Source of the DNA: an uncultured virus (IMG/VR IMGVR_UViG_3300006927_000005)
Lineage: Duplodnaviria > Heunggongvirae > Uroviricota > Caudoviricetes
IMG/VR virus record: IMGVR_UViG_3300006927_000005
Reading direction: 5' to 3' (one strand)
DNA length: 20,000 nucleotides
The notes beneath the pieces were generated by a model, which had not been told where the DNA came from, did no database searches, and worked only from the letters and a program-made list of their open reading frames with translations. A program made the translations under genes and the position numbers. Of the stretch, positions 1 through 9,886 are shown one piece after another. Position 1 is the stretch's first letter, and each line of letters opens with the position of its first letter.

Positions 1-427
1 CAACTCCGTCTAAAAATGTAACGAGTTGATTACGACAGTTTTCAACAGTATCCACCGGAACATATTTTACATTTGAAACATCAAGACCTACGTTTTCAGC
101 TCCTTCTTTTTCAATAGCAACCTCAGTATCAAATATTACAGGTACCATTCCTTTTTTTTGAGCTTTGGCAAGAATTTTATTTAAAATAAAAGTTTTACCA
201 CATTGAGGTTCTCCAGCAAAAATTGTTATTCTTCCTTTGGGAACACCACCATATAGTGAACCAGATAAAATAGAATTTAATACTAAGCATCCAGTATCAA
301 CCCATTCAGTTACATTACTCAGTGTATTTTCTTCTAGAGTGGTTGCGTTTCTATTAAGCTTCTGTAATTTAGCGAACGCCTTATCCACGAGAGATGTATC
401 ATACGCTTTTTCAGCATATTTTGACAT
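1..427 (-). CDS. uvsX: RecA-like recombinase UvsX, N-terminal part (runs off the window edge)
   Basis: Not in the ORF track; manual translation from ATG at 427 gives MSKYAEKAY...WVDTGCLVLNSILSGSLYGGVPKGRITIFAGEPQCGKTF...IFDTE, a RecA signature with Walker A GEPQCGKT. GAGG SD-like motif upstream; downstream of gp43 as in T4-like phages. Confidence 0.93.
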   Translation of the reverse strand, partial: MSKYAEKAYDTSLVDKAFAKLQKLNRNATTLEENTLSNVTEWVDTGCLVLNSILSGSLYGGVPKGRITIFAGEPQCGKTFILNKILAKAQKKGMVPVIFDTEVAIEKEGAENVGLDVSNVKYVPVDTVENCRNQLVTFLDGV

Positions 428-428
428 A

Positions 429-788
429 TTATTCCTCGAATAATGTTACTTCCGGTACATTTTCCTCTAAGACGTCTACAGGAGGTTCTGGGTTTGGTTC
501 TGGAATGGTCTTTACATTAATCTTATTACTATAATGTTCTAGGATTTTTGGAGAAATAATAACCTCAACCTCAGTATACTGATCATTAGTATAGTTGAAG
601 ATAGGTGGTTCTCCAGACGAAAATTCGGTAAAAAATAAAGGCATAACATCTACTTTCATGTTTTGCGCATCATTAGGCGTAACCATGATCATTGCGGGAG
701 CCTTTACTCGTATATTTGATTCTTTCTTTTCAACTAATTCTCCAAAACAAGTCCTACCAATACTGTCGATATATGTAATAACATCCAT
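429..788 (-). CDS. Hypothetical protein, beta-rich N-terminus (possibly Sm-like fold), acidic Pro-rich tail
   Basis: 119-aa ORF packed between gp43 and uvsX (1 nt gap to the uvsX ATG), with its own promoter-like motif. The fold is a guess from the residue pattern. Confidence 0.75.
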   Translation of the reverse strand: MDVITYIDSIGRTCFGELVEKKESNIRVKAPAMIMVTPNDAQNMKVDVMPLFFTEFSSGEPPIFNYTNDQYTEVEVIISPKILEHYSNKINVKTIPEPNPEPPVDVLEENVPEVTLFEE

Positions 789-794
789 ACAAAT

Positions 795-822
795 ATTATA
801 TTAACTATATTTTAATTTGCAA
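795..822 (-). promoter_or_regulatory. Sigma70-like promoter TTGCAA-N16-TATAAT, 6 nt before ATG at 788
   Basis: Minus strand reads TTGCAAattaaaatatagttaaTATAATatttgtATG. Confidence 0.55.
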
Positions 823-3469
823 GGTCAATTTTAAAGAAATCAAATAGATCTGTATTTACAGCTTGACCGGGACGAAAAGACTTCCAATTTACATTTTCAT
901 AAAATCTGTCTATTACACTATAGACAATTTTTTCAAACATTTTCTCATAGTCAATTTTAAAGTCTTTTTTAAATTCTTTAGGTAAATCATATTTAAATCC
1001 TAATGAACTTATGCCAAACTTATTAGGAGTTATTGTATAGAAATATCGAATTTTATCACCGGAGCTAATATTTTCATGTTTACTTGAAATATTATAGTAA
1101 TCTAAAAGTTTATTATAATATATAGACGACTTGACGTGAATTGGAGTTCCCTTTTTCACTTTCCAATCTTTTGTGTGAATACTGTATTTTTCGTAATCTC
1201 TTACTCCCATAACAAACGCAATGTCTTTTATAGGTAATGACTTAAAAATTTCATATGTCTCTTCAAAGATTTCATTTGTAGATTTTTGATTTTCGGTCGT
1301 AATCATATGTTCGATAATTTTTTTAACATATGGCTTGATTGGCCCGGGCATTGTGGTTCGAACCACCTCAACACCAGTATATTTAAATTTATTACATACA
1401 ATTCCTTCGTCGTCTAATTTATGTAGTACGTATCGTTTTTTTTGTAAAAATAATCCTCTATCACAAATCGACTCTCTTTTAAAAACAAACCTAGGATCAT
1501 TAGTTAGTAGTGTTTCTTTTGCCCATTTTTTAATATGCACGTTTAAATCGTCTTCTATATCTTGAACAAGATTATATACCTCTTCATTAATATTATTGTC
1601 CTCATGTAAAGATACTCCCATATGATCGAGTAAAGGAGTAATAGTACAATATAAACTATCTGTGTCATTATACAGGATTGGATCGGATTTTTCGATATCT
1701 TTATCAGTTAAATTAGTTTTTCTTTTAATATAATTTCTTAAAATAATATTACTTTGTTTTATGACGTCACGACCAGTTAATGTAATTGACCGTGCAATAT
1801 CTCCATCCGCCATAGCAGAGTTTTTATTACCAAAATACCCATAAATACGGTTAATAAGAATTTTTAATGTAAATTGCCCAATCCAAAGTTGATCAATCTT
1901 ATATTGTGTGTTTGTAATTTTTTTCTCCAATTTAATCTTGTTGTCTTTATTTTTCTCTTTTTTAAGTTGGAGAGATAATTGGTGTTTTTTTTCACGAGCT
2001 TTATTCCATTGTTCTTTTTTCTGTGATCTTCTTTTATAGAAGTGCTCTGTAATACGCGGAAAAACTCCTTTCACTTTTTGTGAAAAAAGCTTTTTTGCTC
2101 TCGTGACTGCTATTTCATTTTTAGTGCACCACTTGTTAAAATCCCCGTAAGACATCTCAATATCTTTGTTATTTACTGTCTTTATATATACTTTACCGTT
2201 ATCAGTACCAACAATGCTTCCTACTTTAGTTTCTGGGCTTAAGTTAAGAGTTATCATGACACTAGGGTATAGGGAATTAGCATCAAATGATATAATATTC
2301 TCCTGAAACCCACGTTTTGGTTCACTTACATATGCACCTTCGTATTTCCCAGATTGATCGGCATCTTTTATAAAAGTTGGAATGACACGTGGCGGGTCTG
2401 ACTTTCTTGCTTCGACAATGGCCCTACCGTTTACAGTGCTAATAGTACCGAGAGCAGCGTTAAATGGTGTTAGCCCTATGTATGACAGCATTCTTGCTAA
2501 GTCCATATACATAAGCTTAGCTTCAAGCTTTACTAACAGTCTCACATCGTGGATGTTATAGTCTACAAACTTGTCCCAATTGTCAATAGACAGTGTCGCA
2601 AGGTTAGTTTCTCCTATATCTACCTTGTTCTCTCCTAGTTCTATGTGAGCTATGTTATCTAGCTTATAACTGTCCTTCATCCCCGGACTGAAGGTTTTAT
2701 ACACATCGAGATAATCTAACATTGATACCCCCTCAACCACGTATTTCGATGTTTGCTTACCAAAATTACCGCGATACACTCGTTGATAAATTGGCTTCAT
2801 AATTTCATCATGAACAGGTGAAAATAGGCGCGTAGTATCTTCTCCTAGTACATTTCTAACTCGGTTAATTACATATGGAATATCAAAAGTCTCACTAGCC
2901 CACCCTGATAAAATATCTGGACGTTCTTTACAATAAAAGTCTAAAAATTTTTGTAATAAGTCTGTTTCATTCTTGCAATGTACATATTTTACATCATCTG
3001 TTTTTGGTTTATATTTGTTAATTCCCCATGTAAAATACATTTTTTCTACAGTATCGTAGACTGTGATTACATTGACCATATGACTCGCTTCTTCCGGTTT
3101 TGGAAACTCATCCGGGGAATATGTTTCAATATCAAAGAACCATATTTTTAGTGGAAATTTACTAAAATTATCTGTTTCGTTTATTTGCCAAAATCTATCA
3201 ACTAAAAATTGCTGGTACGGGGAAATATTTTCATAAATTTTATGATCATTAAGATCTTCAATTTTTCTTCTTCTATCTAGTTCACTGTTAGAAGCAATCC
3301 TGCGTAATTTTGTACCGTATAATGATATTGCATCTTGACGGTTTGAATTTGTCTCACAATAGAAATATGGCTGATATGGGCAATCAGTTTCAATTCTATT
3401 TCCCTCCTCATCCCATGTGTAGAGCCGCATTACACGCTGGTTTGGTATGTATGCTAAATTTCTATACAC
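812..3469 (-). CDS. gp43: Family B DNA polymerase, T4 gp43-like
   Basis: Exo I FFDIET, Exo II GWASETFDIPY, Exo III YNIHDV, motif A SFDANSLYPS, motif B KILINRIYG, motif C YNDTDS, KKRY, C-terminal clamp-binding-like DLFDFF. GTG start. Confidence 0.97.
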   Translation of the reverse strand: MYRNLAYIPNQRVMRLYTWDEEGNRIETDCPYQPYFYCETNSNRQDAISLYGTKLRRIASNSELDRRRKIEDLNDHKIYENISPYQQFLVDRFWQINETDNFSKFPLKIWFFDIETYSPDEFPKPEEASHMVNVITVYDTVEKMYFTWGINKYKPKTDDVKYVHCKNETDLLQKFLDFYCKERPDILSGWASETFDIPYVINRVRNVLGEDTTRLFSPVHDEIMKPIYQRVYRGNFGKQTSKYVVEGVSMLDYLDVYKTFSPGMKDSYKLDNIAHIELGENKVDIGETNLATLSIDNWDKFVDYNIHDVRLLVKLEAKLMYMDLARMLSYIGLTPFNAALGTISTVNGRAIVEARKSDPPRVIPTFIKDADQSGKYEGAYVSEPKRGFQENIISFDANSLYPSVMITLNLSPETKVGSIVGTDNGKVYIKTVNNKDIEMSYGDFNKWCTKNEIAVTRAKKLFSQKVKGVFPRITEHFYKRRSQKKEQWNKAREKKHQLSLQLKKEKNKDNKIKLEKKITNTQYKIDQLWIGQFTLKILINRIYGYFGNKNSAMADGDIARSITLTGRDVIKQSNIILRNYIKRKTNLTDKDIEKSDPILYNDTDSLYCTITPLLDHMGVSLHEDNNINEEVYNLVQDIEDDLNVHIKKWAKETLLTNDPRFVFKRESICDRGLFLQKKRYVLHKLDDEGIVCNKFKYTGVEVVRTTMPGPIKPYVKKIIEHMITTENQKSTNEIFEETYEIFKSLPIKDIAFVMGVRDYEKYSIHTKDWKVKKGTPIHVKSSIYYNKLLDYYNISSKHENISSGDKIRYFYTITPNKFGISSLGFKYDLPKEFKKDFKIDYEKMFEKIVYSVIDRFYENVNWKSFRPGQAVNTDLFDFFKIDLAN

Positions 3470-3475
3470 GCGCTT

Positions 3476-3504
3476 AGTATAATAGGAATTAAGAAAAAAA
3501 TCAA
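3476..3504 (-). promoter_or_regulatory. Sigma70-like promoter TTGATT-N17-TATACT, 6 nt before the gp43 GTG
   Basis: Minus strand reads agTTGATTtttttcttaattcctatTATACTaagcgcGTG. Confidence 0.65.
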
Positions 3505-4733
3505 CTGATTTCGTTTTTTAGATTAATTAATTTTCGGCGTTTATCTCCATATGGAAATGAGTAAAGTTCAGTATAGAAATCAATATTATCTTCCATCCAT
3601 TTATTCTTCATATAATCACGAGCCTTTTTAACTTCCTTAATATATTTTTTATAATCTTTAGTTAAGTATTCTATTTTATTTACTAAGTCATCCCCAGTTT
3701 TAAATTTATGAAATGCGGTTTCATATGTACATAAATCCTGACAAATACATGGTATTCCGAAAGCACAAGATTCAATAAATTTTAAATTACTCTTAGCTTT
3801 ATTAAAAATACTATCTTCTAACGGTGCGTAAAAAAGAGTTGGATTAAAGCTATTAATATATTCTGGATAATCGACAAGATTTGTCCATGTCCAGTATTCA
3901 ATTTTTTTTGTATGAACTAAATCTCTAAGAGATAGAGGAAATCCTCCTACAAAAACCCATGTAAATTTATCTACAGTTTTTCTTATTGTATCAATGATGT
4001 GATGGAAGTCGTCTCGTTGTCCGACTTTGTTATCAACGTCAAAATGCGCACCACTTCCGCAATAAACAATCCGAGGTTTGCTTTTATATTTTTGATAATT
4101 TTCACGTATAGTATTAAAATCAAAAAATCGGTCCATCCAGAATTTAGGAATAAAATTAGGTATTACTGTAACATTATTATTGCCTGTTTTTTCTCTATAA
4201 TATTTTTGCATGAATTTATTTGTAACGGTAATTTCATCACACATTTGCATAATCTCCATGCTTGTTTTTCTGATATTTGGATCGTCGAAGGCAAATTTAA
4301 ATTTATTATAATTAGGAATATCTTCCTTAAAAATTATATCGTCAATTTCATATATAATTTTAAAGTTAAGCTCCTTCGATAGTTCTTTTAACCATTTTAT
4401 ATAACTAAATTGAGCGTCTGTAGCTTGTCTTTGTATGCGAACTGTTTTGACTCCTCTATAAAAATTTTTATCTCCTATCATTACAGTACCTCCTTGCACG
4501 TTTACCCTGTTACCATAACAATTAAGTAGTAACTCAGGCCATATCATCCTCCAATGACCACAGCCAGAATAGTCGGCATAAAAATTTAGAGCGCGTGGTA
4601 AATCTGGCGCCTTATGACCAGTCTGGCTCGTCGCTGTTTGGGGTGGGATAGGTAGAGCATTTACGAGCGGATTGTTTATTGACACCGGTGAGAATGGTAA
4701 TCGGTTTGTTGTATACTGAGACGGTGTAATCAT
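3501..4733 (-). CDS. Glycosyltransferase, GT-B fold (GT4-like)
   Basis: ADYSGCGHWRMIWP, YEIDD, DEITV, VIPNF and C-terminal APLEDSIFNKAKSNLKFIE motifs typical of phage GT-B enzymes. Confidence 0.8.
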   Translation of the reverse strand: MITPSQYTTNRLPFSPVSINNPLVNALPIPPQTATSQTGHKAPDLPRALNFYADYSGCGHWRMIWPELLLNCYGNRVNVQGGTVMIGDKNFYRGVKTVRIQRQATDAQFSYIKWLKELSKELNFKIIYEIDDIIFKEDIPNYNKFKFAFDDPNIRKTSMEIMQMCDEITVTNKFMQKYYREKTGNNNVTVIPNFIPKFWMDRFFDFNTIRENYQKYKSKPRIVYCGSGAHFDVDNKVGQRDDFHHIIDTIRKTVDKFTWVFVGGFPLSLRDLVHTKKIEYWTWTNLVDYPEYINSFNPTLFYAPLEDSIFNKAKSNLKFIESCAFGIPCICQDLCTYETAFHKFKTGDDLVNKIEYLTKDYKKYIKEVKKARDYMKNKWMEDNIDFYTELYSFPYGDKRRKLINLKNEIS

Positions 4734-4742
4734 TACAAAAAT

Positions 4743-6569
4743 TTATATTAAATTGTTAGTTAAATCCACTCTATTAGTGATGCTATTTTTCTTTTCTAAA
4801 ACTATAACGTCACCAGTGGCTGCTTTTACTGATTCCTTTCTATGTGAAATAATATATATACTTTCCTTATGTTGCTCAACTCGTTCTTTAATTATATTCA
4901 ATATTAACTCTACTCCTTTTTCATCTAAAGAAGTATCTAGTAATTCATCAAATATTACCAAATTATACGCTATGTCTCCTTGTAGTCTCCTCATATCCAT
5001 AAACGTAAACAGCATAGCGAGGTCTATACTTTTTCTTTCAGCACCAGAAAAGTTAAAATAAGAGCATTCTTGATTTTTTTCATTTACTATCTCTTCTTCA
5101 AAGTATTCATTAAACCTACAAATACAGTTGGCATCCATTTTTTGTAAATAATAGAGCAATCGATTATTTAGTACATCTAAAATCTTTTTTACTATAAAGG
5201 ATTTAACACCTTCTTCTGATAAAATATATTTTACTATTTCTAATATTTCTAAATCTGAATATATATTATTTGACGATTCTTCTAATTCACTGACTTCTTT
5301 TATTTTTGTTTTTATTTTAAAATCTAAATCCTGTATCTCTACATTAGTTTCTTTTTTTTGTACTTCACATAATTCTTTTTTATTTGCTTTAAGATCCTTT
5401 GTAAGAGCATTAATATATGTTATTGTTAGTTTATTATTATTGTGTACAGTTTTAATATTAGAAATATATTCATTAAGTTGGTCTTCTGCTAATAAATTGT
5501 TATTTTTTAAGTCTAAAATACTTTTTTGCTGTTGATTAATACTTTCAATATCTTGATCACAGTTATTAATATCTTTTTCAATTTTATTTTTTTCTTTTTT
5601 TATGTGAGTTCTATCATGATTAGTAATTTGATGTAAACATGTAGGGCAAACATTTTCATCAGTACCTATGCTAATAAGTTGTTTGTTATAGAACTTTATT
5701 TCTGTTTGATGTTGAGTGATTTTAGTAGAATTGGAATCTAATTGCTTTTGTATTTCATTTAATTTAATTTTAATCTGTTGTAATTTATTTTTACTTTTAT
5801 CATATAGATCTTTATTTATATCTTTTATTTTTTGTTTATTTTTCTCTATATCCTTATTAATAATTTCGACCCGCTCTTTAATTTTATTTTTTTGCTCGGC
5901 AATATTAGTTATAATTTTATTTTTTTGTTCTTCAAGAAGCTTATAGATATTACTTGCATGATCAAAATCTTTTGTAATATGTTCGTATTTTTTTTGTACC
6001 TCGTTATATTCTGATCTAGCTCTTAACAGCATATCAGAGAAGATTTCTAAATTTAAAATACCTTCGATAAACTTTCTTTTTTCTACTTTCTTTTGCGCCA
6101 TAAATGGTAAAGTAGAATTAACAGACATTATTACGCAGTTCTGAAAGACTTCTGGAGAACTGTTAAGTATTAATTTTATTTTTTTGTTTGTATTAGGAAT
6201 AGTACTCTCAGTAACATCAATATCATCAACAAATAAATAACACTTTGTTGGTTTTAATTTACGTACTATTCTATAGTTTTTAATTTTATTGTTTTCGTTT
6301 ATTGAAAAATCTAAATCAACATATGTATTTTTTTTATTTATATAATTTACGATAAACTCTTTTGATAGTTCTCTTATTGTTTCTCCAAATATAGCAAAAT
6401 GTATAGCATCAGCTATTGTAGACTTACCGACACCGTTTCTTCTATCTTCTTTATCTCTGTTTATACCGGTAATAATATTTAAACCGGTACGAAAATTAAT
6501 TTCGATCGGTTTTTTCCCAATAGAAAGAAAATTACAAATTTTTACACATTTAAAATTTACGTATTTCAT
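4743..6569 (-). CDS. gp46: Recombination endonuclease ATPase subunit (gp46/Rad50/SbcC-like)
   Basis: Walker A NGVGKST, long coiled coil with CPTC zinc hook, signature FSGAE, Walker B LVIFDE, H-loop IISH. Confidence 0.95.
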   Translation of the reverse strand: MKYVNFKCVKICNFLSIGKKPIEINFRTGLNIITGINRDKEDRRNGVGKSTIADAIHFAIFGETIRELSKEFIVNYINKKNTYVDLDFSINENNKIKNYRIVRKLKPTKCYLFVDDIDVTESTIPNTNKKIKLILNSSPEVFQNCVIMSVNSTLPFMAQKKVEKRKFIEGILNLEIFSDMLLRARSEYNEVQKKYEHITKDFDHASNIYKLLEEQKNKIITNIAEQKNKIKERVEIINKDIEKNKQKIKDINKDLYDKSKNKLQQIKIKLNEIQKQLDSNSTKITQHQTEIKFYNKQLISIGTDENVCPTCLHQITNHDRTHIKKEKNKIEKDINNCDQDIESINQQQKSILDLKNNNLLAEDQLNEYISNIKTVHNNNKLTITYINALTKDLKANKKELCEVQKKETNVEIQDLDFKIKTKIKEVSELEESSNNIYSDLEILEIVKYILSEEGVKSFIVKKILDVLNNRLLYYLQKMDANCICRFNEYFEEEIVNEKNQECSYFNFSGAERKSIDLAMLFTFMDMRRLQGDIAYNLVIFDELLDTSLDEKGVELILNIIKERVEQHKESIYIISHRKESVKAATGDVIVLEKKNSITNRVDLTNNLI

Positions 6570-7609
6570 GTAAACTGATTATATAATTGTACTGTTTTCA
6601 TTATTACCTTGTCTTTATTATCTATATCTAAAGAGTCAATGTATTCTATAATACATTGTTTTATATTTAAATCACCAAGTTCGTTTGTTAGTTCAATATT
6701 ATCTCCTATGTTAAATTTATGTAAATAGTCTGTCGTTAGAGAGAATGGAGATTCAAAAGTTATAGATGCAATTATTTTATCAAGTAGATTTGTTTTAATA
6801 TCCTTATCTATAACGATTTTTATAGCGAGATTCGACCATCCTTTATCTTTTGCTATGTCTTTTAGCTTTTGAAGTTCACTTAAATTAACCTTTACGTGTA
6901 TTGGAGATACATTATTTTCGAAAAATTCATACTTTACATCTTTACCACTAAGATCCAATATATAATATCCTTTTTGATCTCCGATATCGTGAAAATCCAT
7001 TTGAAATGGATTACCTGCGTAAATTATTTCTCCGTTTGAATACTTTCGTCGTTGTCTTTTGTGAAAATGACCGGAAAAAATAAGTTTAGACTTTAAGAGT
7101 AGATCACAAGATTCGAATCCAAACTCACAAATTTTAAAGCTATTAAAATTAAAGTTTTGAACTTCGAGATGTCCTATTAATAGGTCACAGGCTGGTATTT
7201 CTTTAATAGGGGTTCCCCACGGACAAAAGCCAACCTTTTTATTACAAATTGTTTGTATGGTTGGTTTGTCGATAATTGTAATGTTTTTTCTGTTGTTTAA
7301 TATTGATAATGAGTGTACAGTAGAATTATCTTTATAATAAGCATCGTGATTACCGGGAATCATGACTATGTCAAAATCTTTAAATAAATCTAATACATCA
7401 TTTGTAAAATGAAGAGATTTTACGTTTATTTCATCTCGATAGTGGAAAAAGTCTCCTCCAAAAATTAATTCTGTAATTTTTTGTGATTTTAACTGGGCTG
7501 AAAACCACTTGGCCCATGAGAAAGTAACATCATGCCATTTTTCGCTATTTTGATGTAAGCCTATATGTAAATCAGAAAAGAATCCGATTCTCTTGCTATT
7601 TAAAGACAT
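6566..7609 (-). CDS. gp47: Recombination endonuclease nuclease subunit (gp47/Mre11/SbcD-like)
   Basis: Metallophosphoesterase motifs SDLH, GGDFF, GNHD, GHLE, GHFH; 4-nt overlap with gp46. Confidence 0.95.
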   Translation of the reverse strand: MSLNSKRIGFFSDLHIGLHQNSEKWHDVTFSWAKWFSAQLKSQKITELIFGGDFFHYRDEINVKSLHFTNDVLDLFKDFDIVMIPGNHDAYYKDNSTVHSLSILNNRKNITIIDKPTIQTICNKKVGFCPWGTPIKEIPACDLLIGHLEVQNFNFNSFKICEFGFESCDLLLKSKLIFSGHFHKRQRRKYSNGEIIYAGNPFQMDFHDIGDQKGYYILDLSGKDVKYEFFENNVSPIHVKVNLSELQKLKDIAKDKGWSNLAIKIVIDKDIKTNLLDKIIASITFESPFSLTTDYLHKFNIGDNIELTNELGDLNIKQCIIEYIDSLDIDNKDKVIMKTVQLYNQFT

Positions 7610-8056
7610 TTATATGTATAATTCTCGGTCGTAATCCTTGCTAGGAGCCTTATTAGTAGTATCCTCCTCATTTACTAATTCTCCATAAATTTGCTGTTGA
7701 TAGTCACTAATTGTTTGTCGATATTTTTTTTCTTTTTTTATTCTATTAATAAATGCATGATAGGCGATCGTCGTAAAATAAGAGAATGGATTTGAGGGGG
7801 AATCTATTCTAAATTTTTTATTTTTCACGGCTGCAACCATTTTTACTACTGCATCGCCAATCATTTCGTCTTTGTAGCTATAATTTATGAAGTTTGGAGA
7901 ATAGCTTAATCCAACTGCAATTTTATAAACTGATTCAGCTAATTCATCTATTAAATCGTCAGACTCATAATAATCTTTTAAGTATTGTAAAAATTCTTTT
8001 GGATTAACATAGTAAGCTTTTTTATTAGGTTTTTTCTTTTTTATTTTGGGCTTCAT
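7610..8056 (-). CDS. gp55: Late-transcription sigma factor (T4 gp55-like)
   Basis: YYVNPKEF, LSYSPNFINYSYKDEMIGD, NPFSYFTTIAYHAFINRIKKEKK; canonical position between uvsW and gp47. Confidence 0.93.
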   Translation of the reverse strand: MKPKIKKKKPNKKAYYVNPKEFLQYLKDYYESDDLIDELAESVYKIAVGLSYSPNFINYSYKDEMIGDAVVKMVAAVKNKKFRIDSPSNPFSYFTTIAYHAFINRIKKEKKYRQTISDYQQQIYGELVNEEDTTNKAPSKDYDRELYI

Positions 8057-9479
8057 GGTATTGCGTAAAATTATAATTTATATGTTCGCTGTCATATAAC
8101 GATAAACGCTGCTCTATATGACGTTGGCCATAACGTAAATTATCAGCGATATCAAAGATTATAAGCTCTTTCTTATCAATATGCAACCGAAGGCCTCGGC
8201 CTATACTTTGTATTATTTTAATTTTTGCTTTACCGCCGTTAGCAAATATTATATAATGTAAATTTTTTATATTAATACCTGTAGAAAATATTTTTGATAT
8301 AGCGACAACTACTATGTTATTTTGTTCCTCCATTAGGGTTTGTATTTTTTTACGTTCATCTACATCTACTTCCCCTCTAATAAAATATACTTGTTTACCT
8401 TTACAGGAATTGTGTAATATATTCATTAATATTTCACCATGCTCTATGTAATCAATTAATATTAATACATTGTTATCTAGTTTATTTGAAAGTTTTGCCA
8501 ATAGATTATTTCTGAAACAATTTTTACGTATAAATTCATTTTCCTGTAAATAATAAGCGTTAGAATTATTACCATGATATATTTCCGTTGAAGGTGTATC
8601 GTAATTTAATTCTAAAACATGAACCTTAGCTGGTACGACATATTTTTCTTTTCTTAATTCATGAGCTTTTTTTTCAAATAATTGAGGTCCTATTTTACCA
8701 TATATGTTCCATTTATCTAATAGCTCGGATGGTAAGGTCCCGGTAAATCCAAATCGATGAGATGTATCTATTTTTTTAAGAATGTTATTTATTTTATTTC
8801 CTTTTCTTACTTTATGTACTTCATCTACAATAAGAAAGTCTATATGCTTTATCCATGATATATCTTGCTTTGAGCTTTGTAAAATACCTAAATTAGCAAT
8901 AATAACATTGTTAGATAAATTTAATTTATTTTTTCCTGTATATATAGTAGTAGAAAAGGAAACATTGTATTGTTTAAAATCAGACATAGTTTGATTAACT
9001 AATCCTAGATCTGGAACTATAACTAGTCCTTTAAAATTTTTACTATAATTTTTGTAATAAAATTCTAATAACCCAGCCATTGTAAGAGTCTTGCCGCCGG
9101 CAGTCGCAAGGACTACTGTTCCTCTCCCTCTGTCAATGCATTTGTTAATTATATCTTGTTGATATTGTCTATACTCTAAACTTAAATTATAATCAATAAT
9201 ATTATCTTTACGTAATGTAGGTATTAGTGCGTTTTTTATTTCTTTTGAAAAATCAATTTTTATATCTTTCGTTTTACAGAATTTTGTAATTTCTATTAAT
9301 AATCCAATATCAGTTTTTCCTTGTTGAGTAATTACGTACGTGCGTTGTGGTACAAACCTGCCAAATCTTCTTTGAAAGTGTGCAGCTTCGTTTTTTACAC
9401 TAAAATGCTCTCTGATGATATCTAACTCAGGTCCCTCTAGTACTGCTTGAGAGTTTGAATTTAATGTTATATTGATCAT
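8025..9479 (-). CDS. uvsW: SF2 DNA helicase UvsW
   Basis: YRQYQ, ATAGGKT, DEVH, GFTGT and QSIGRGLR motifs; synteny with uvsY and gp55. Confidence 0.93.
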   Translation of the reverse strand: MINITLNSNSQAVLEGPELDIIREHFSVKNEAAHFQRRFGRFVPQRTYVITQQGKTDIGLLIEITKFCKTKDIKIDFSKEIKNALIPTLRKDNIIDYNLSLEYRQYQQDIINKCIDRGRGTVVLATAGGKTLTMAGLLEFYYKNYSKNFKGLVIVPDLGLVNQTMSDFKQYNVSFSTTIYTGKNKLNLSNNVIIANLGILQSSKQDISWIKHIDFLIVDEVHKVRKGNKINNILKKIDTSHRFGFTGTLPSELLDKWNIYGKIGPQLFEKKAHELRKEKYVVPAKVHVLELNYDTPSTEIYHGNNSNAYYLQENEFIRKNCFRNNLLAKLSNKLDNNVLILIDYIEHGEILMNILHNSCKGKQVYFIRGEVDVDERKKIQTLMEEQNNIVVVAISKIFSTGINIKNLHYIIFANGGKAKIKIIQSIGRGLRLHIDKKELIIFDIADNLRYGQRHIEQRLSLYDSEHINYNFTQYHEAQNKKEKT

Positions 9480-9880
9480 TGAGTCTCAAGCTTTATTAAT
9501 TCTACTAGATTTTTTATATCATTCGTAGCGAAGCTTATGTTTTTATATATATTTTCTAAGAAACTGATAATAAGTGTTTCATTGTCAATGTTTTGATCTA
9601 TAGTTTTTATTTCTTTTTTGTTTTGTACTGCCTTTTCTGCTATAGATCTATTTACTCGAACAGGTTCTTTATCCTGATAAGCGGTTACATATTCATTAAT
9701 AAGAGAAGAGCGTTTAAATTTAAACTTATTTAATTTAATTTTATGATTAATTAATCTTGCAGACCATTTATGCTTATTGGCGACTAATTGCTCTTGAGTG
9801 GAAGTTACTTCTAGTCTAGAAAGATTCGTATCTATCTTTGCTTCATCTAAATACTGATTGATAATATCACCAATCTCCAT
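9476..9880 (-). CDS. uvsY: Recombination mediator UvsY-like protein
   Basis: 134-aa helical protein (HKWS..., ...DIKNLVE) directly upstream of uvsW with ATGA overlap. Based on size, synteny and weak motif similarity. Confidence 0.7.
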   Translation of the reverse strand: MEIGDIINQYLDEAKIDTNLSRLEVTSTQEQLVANKHKWSARLINHKIKLNKFKFKRSSLINEYVTAYQDKEPVRVNRSIAEKAVQNKKEIKTIDQNIDNETLIISFLENIYKNISFATNDIKNLVELIKLETQ

Positions 9881-9886
9881 TTATTT

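Noticed and set aside
1880..2040. Lys-rich stretch in gp43 as an intein or insertion element
   Set aside because: Lies in the variable-length fingers helices; no intein terminal motifs; total length is typical for gp43.
5220..6000. Low-complexity A/T-rich tract as a repeat region
   Set aside because: Explained by the K/N/I/E-rich coiled coil of gp46.
237..8994. Plus-strand ORFs 237..443, 595..804, 1335..1565, 3999..4382, 4753..5061, 5716..5946, 5832..6014, 8782..8994
   Set aside because: Antisense shadows of well-supported minus-strand genes; F/I/L/S-rich composition expected from the reverse of AT-rich codons.
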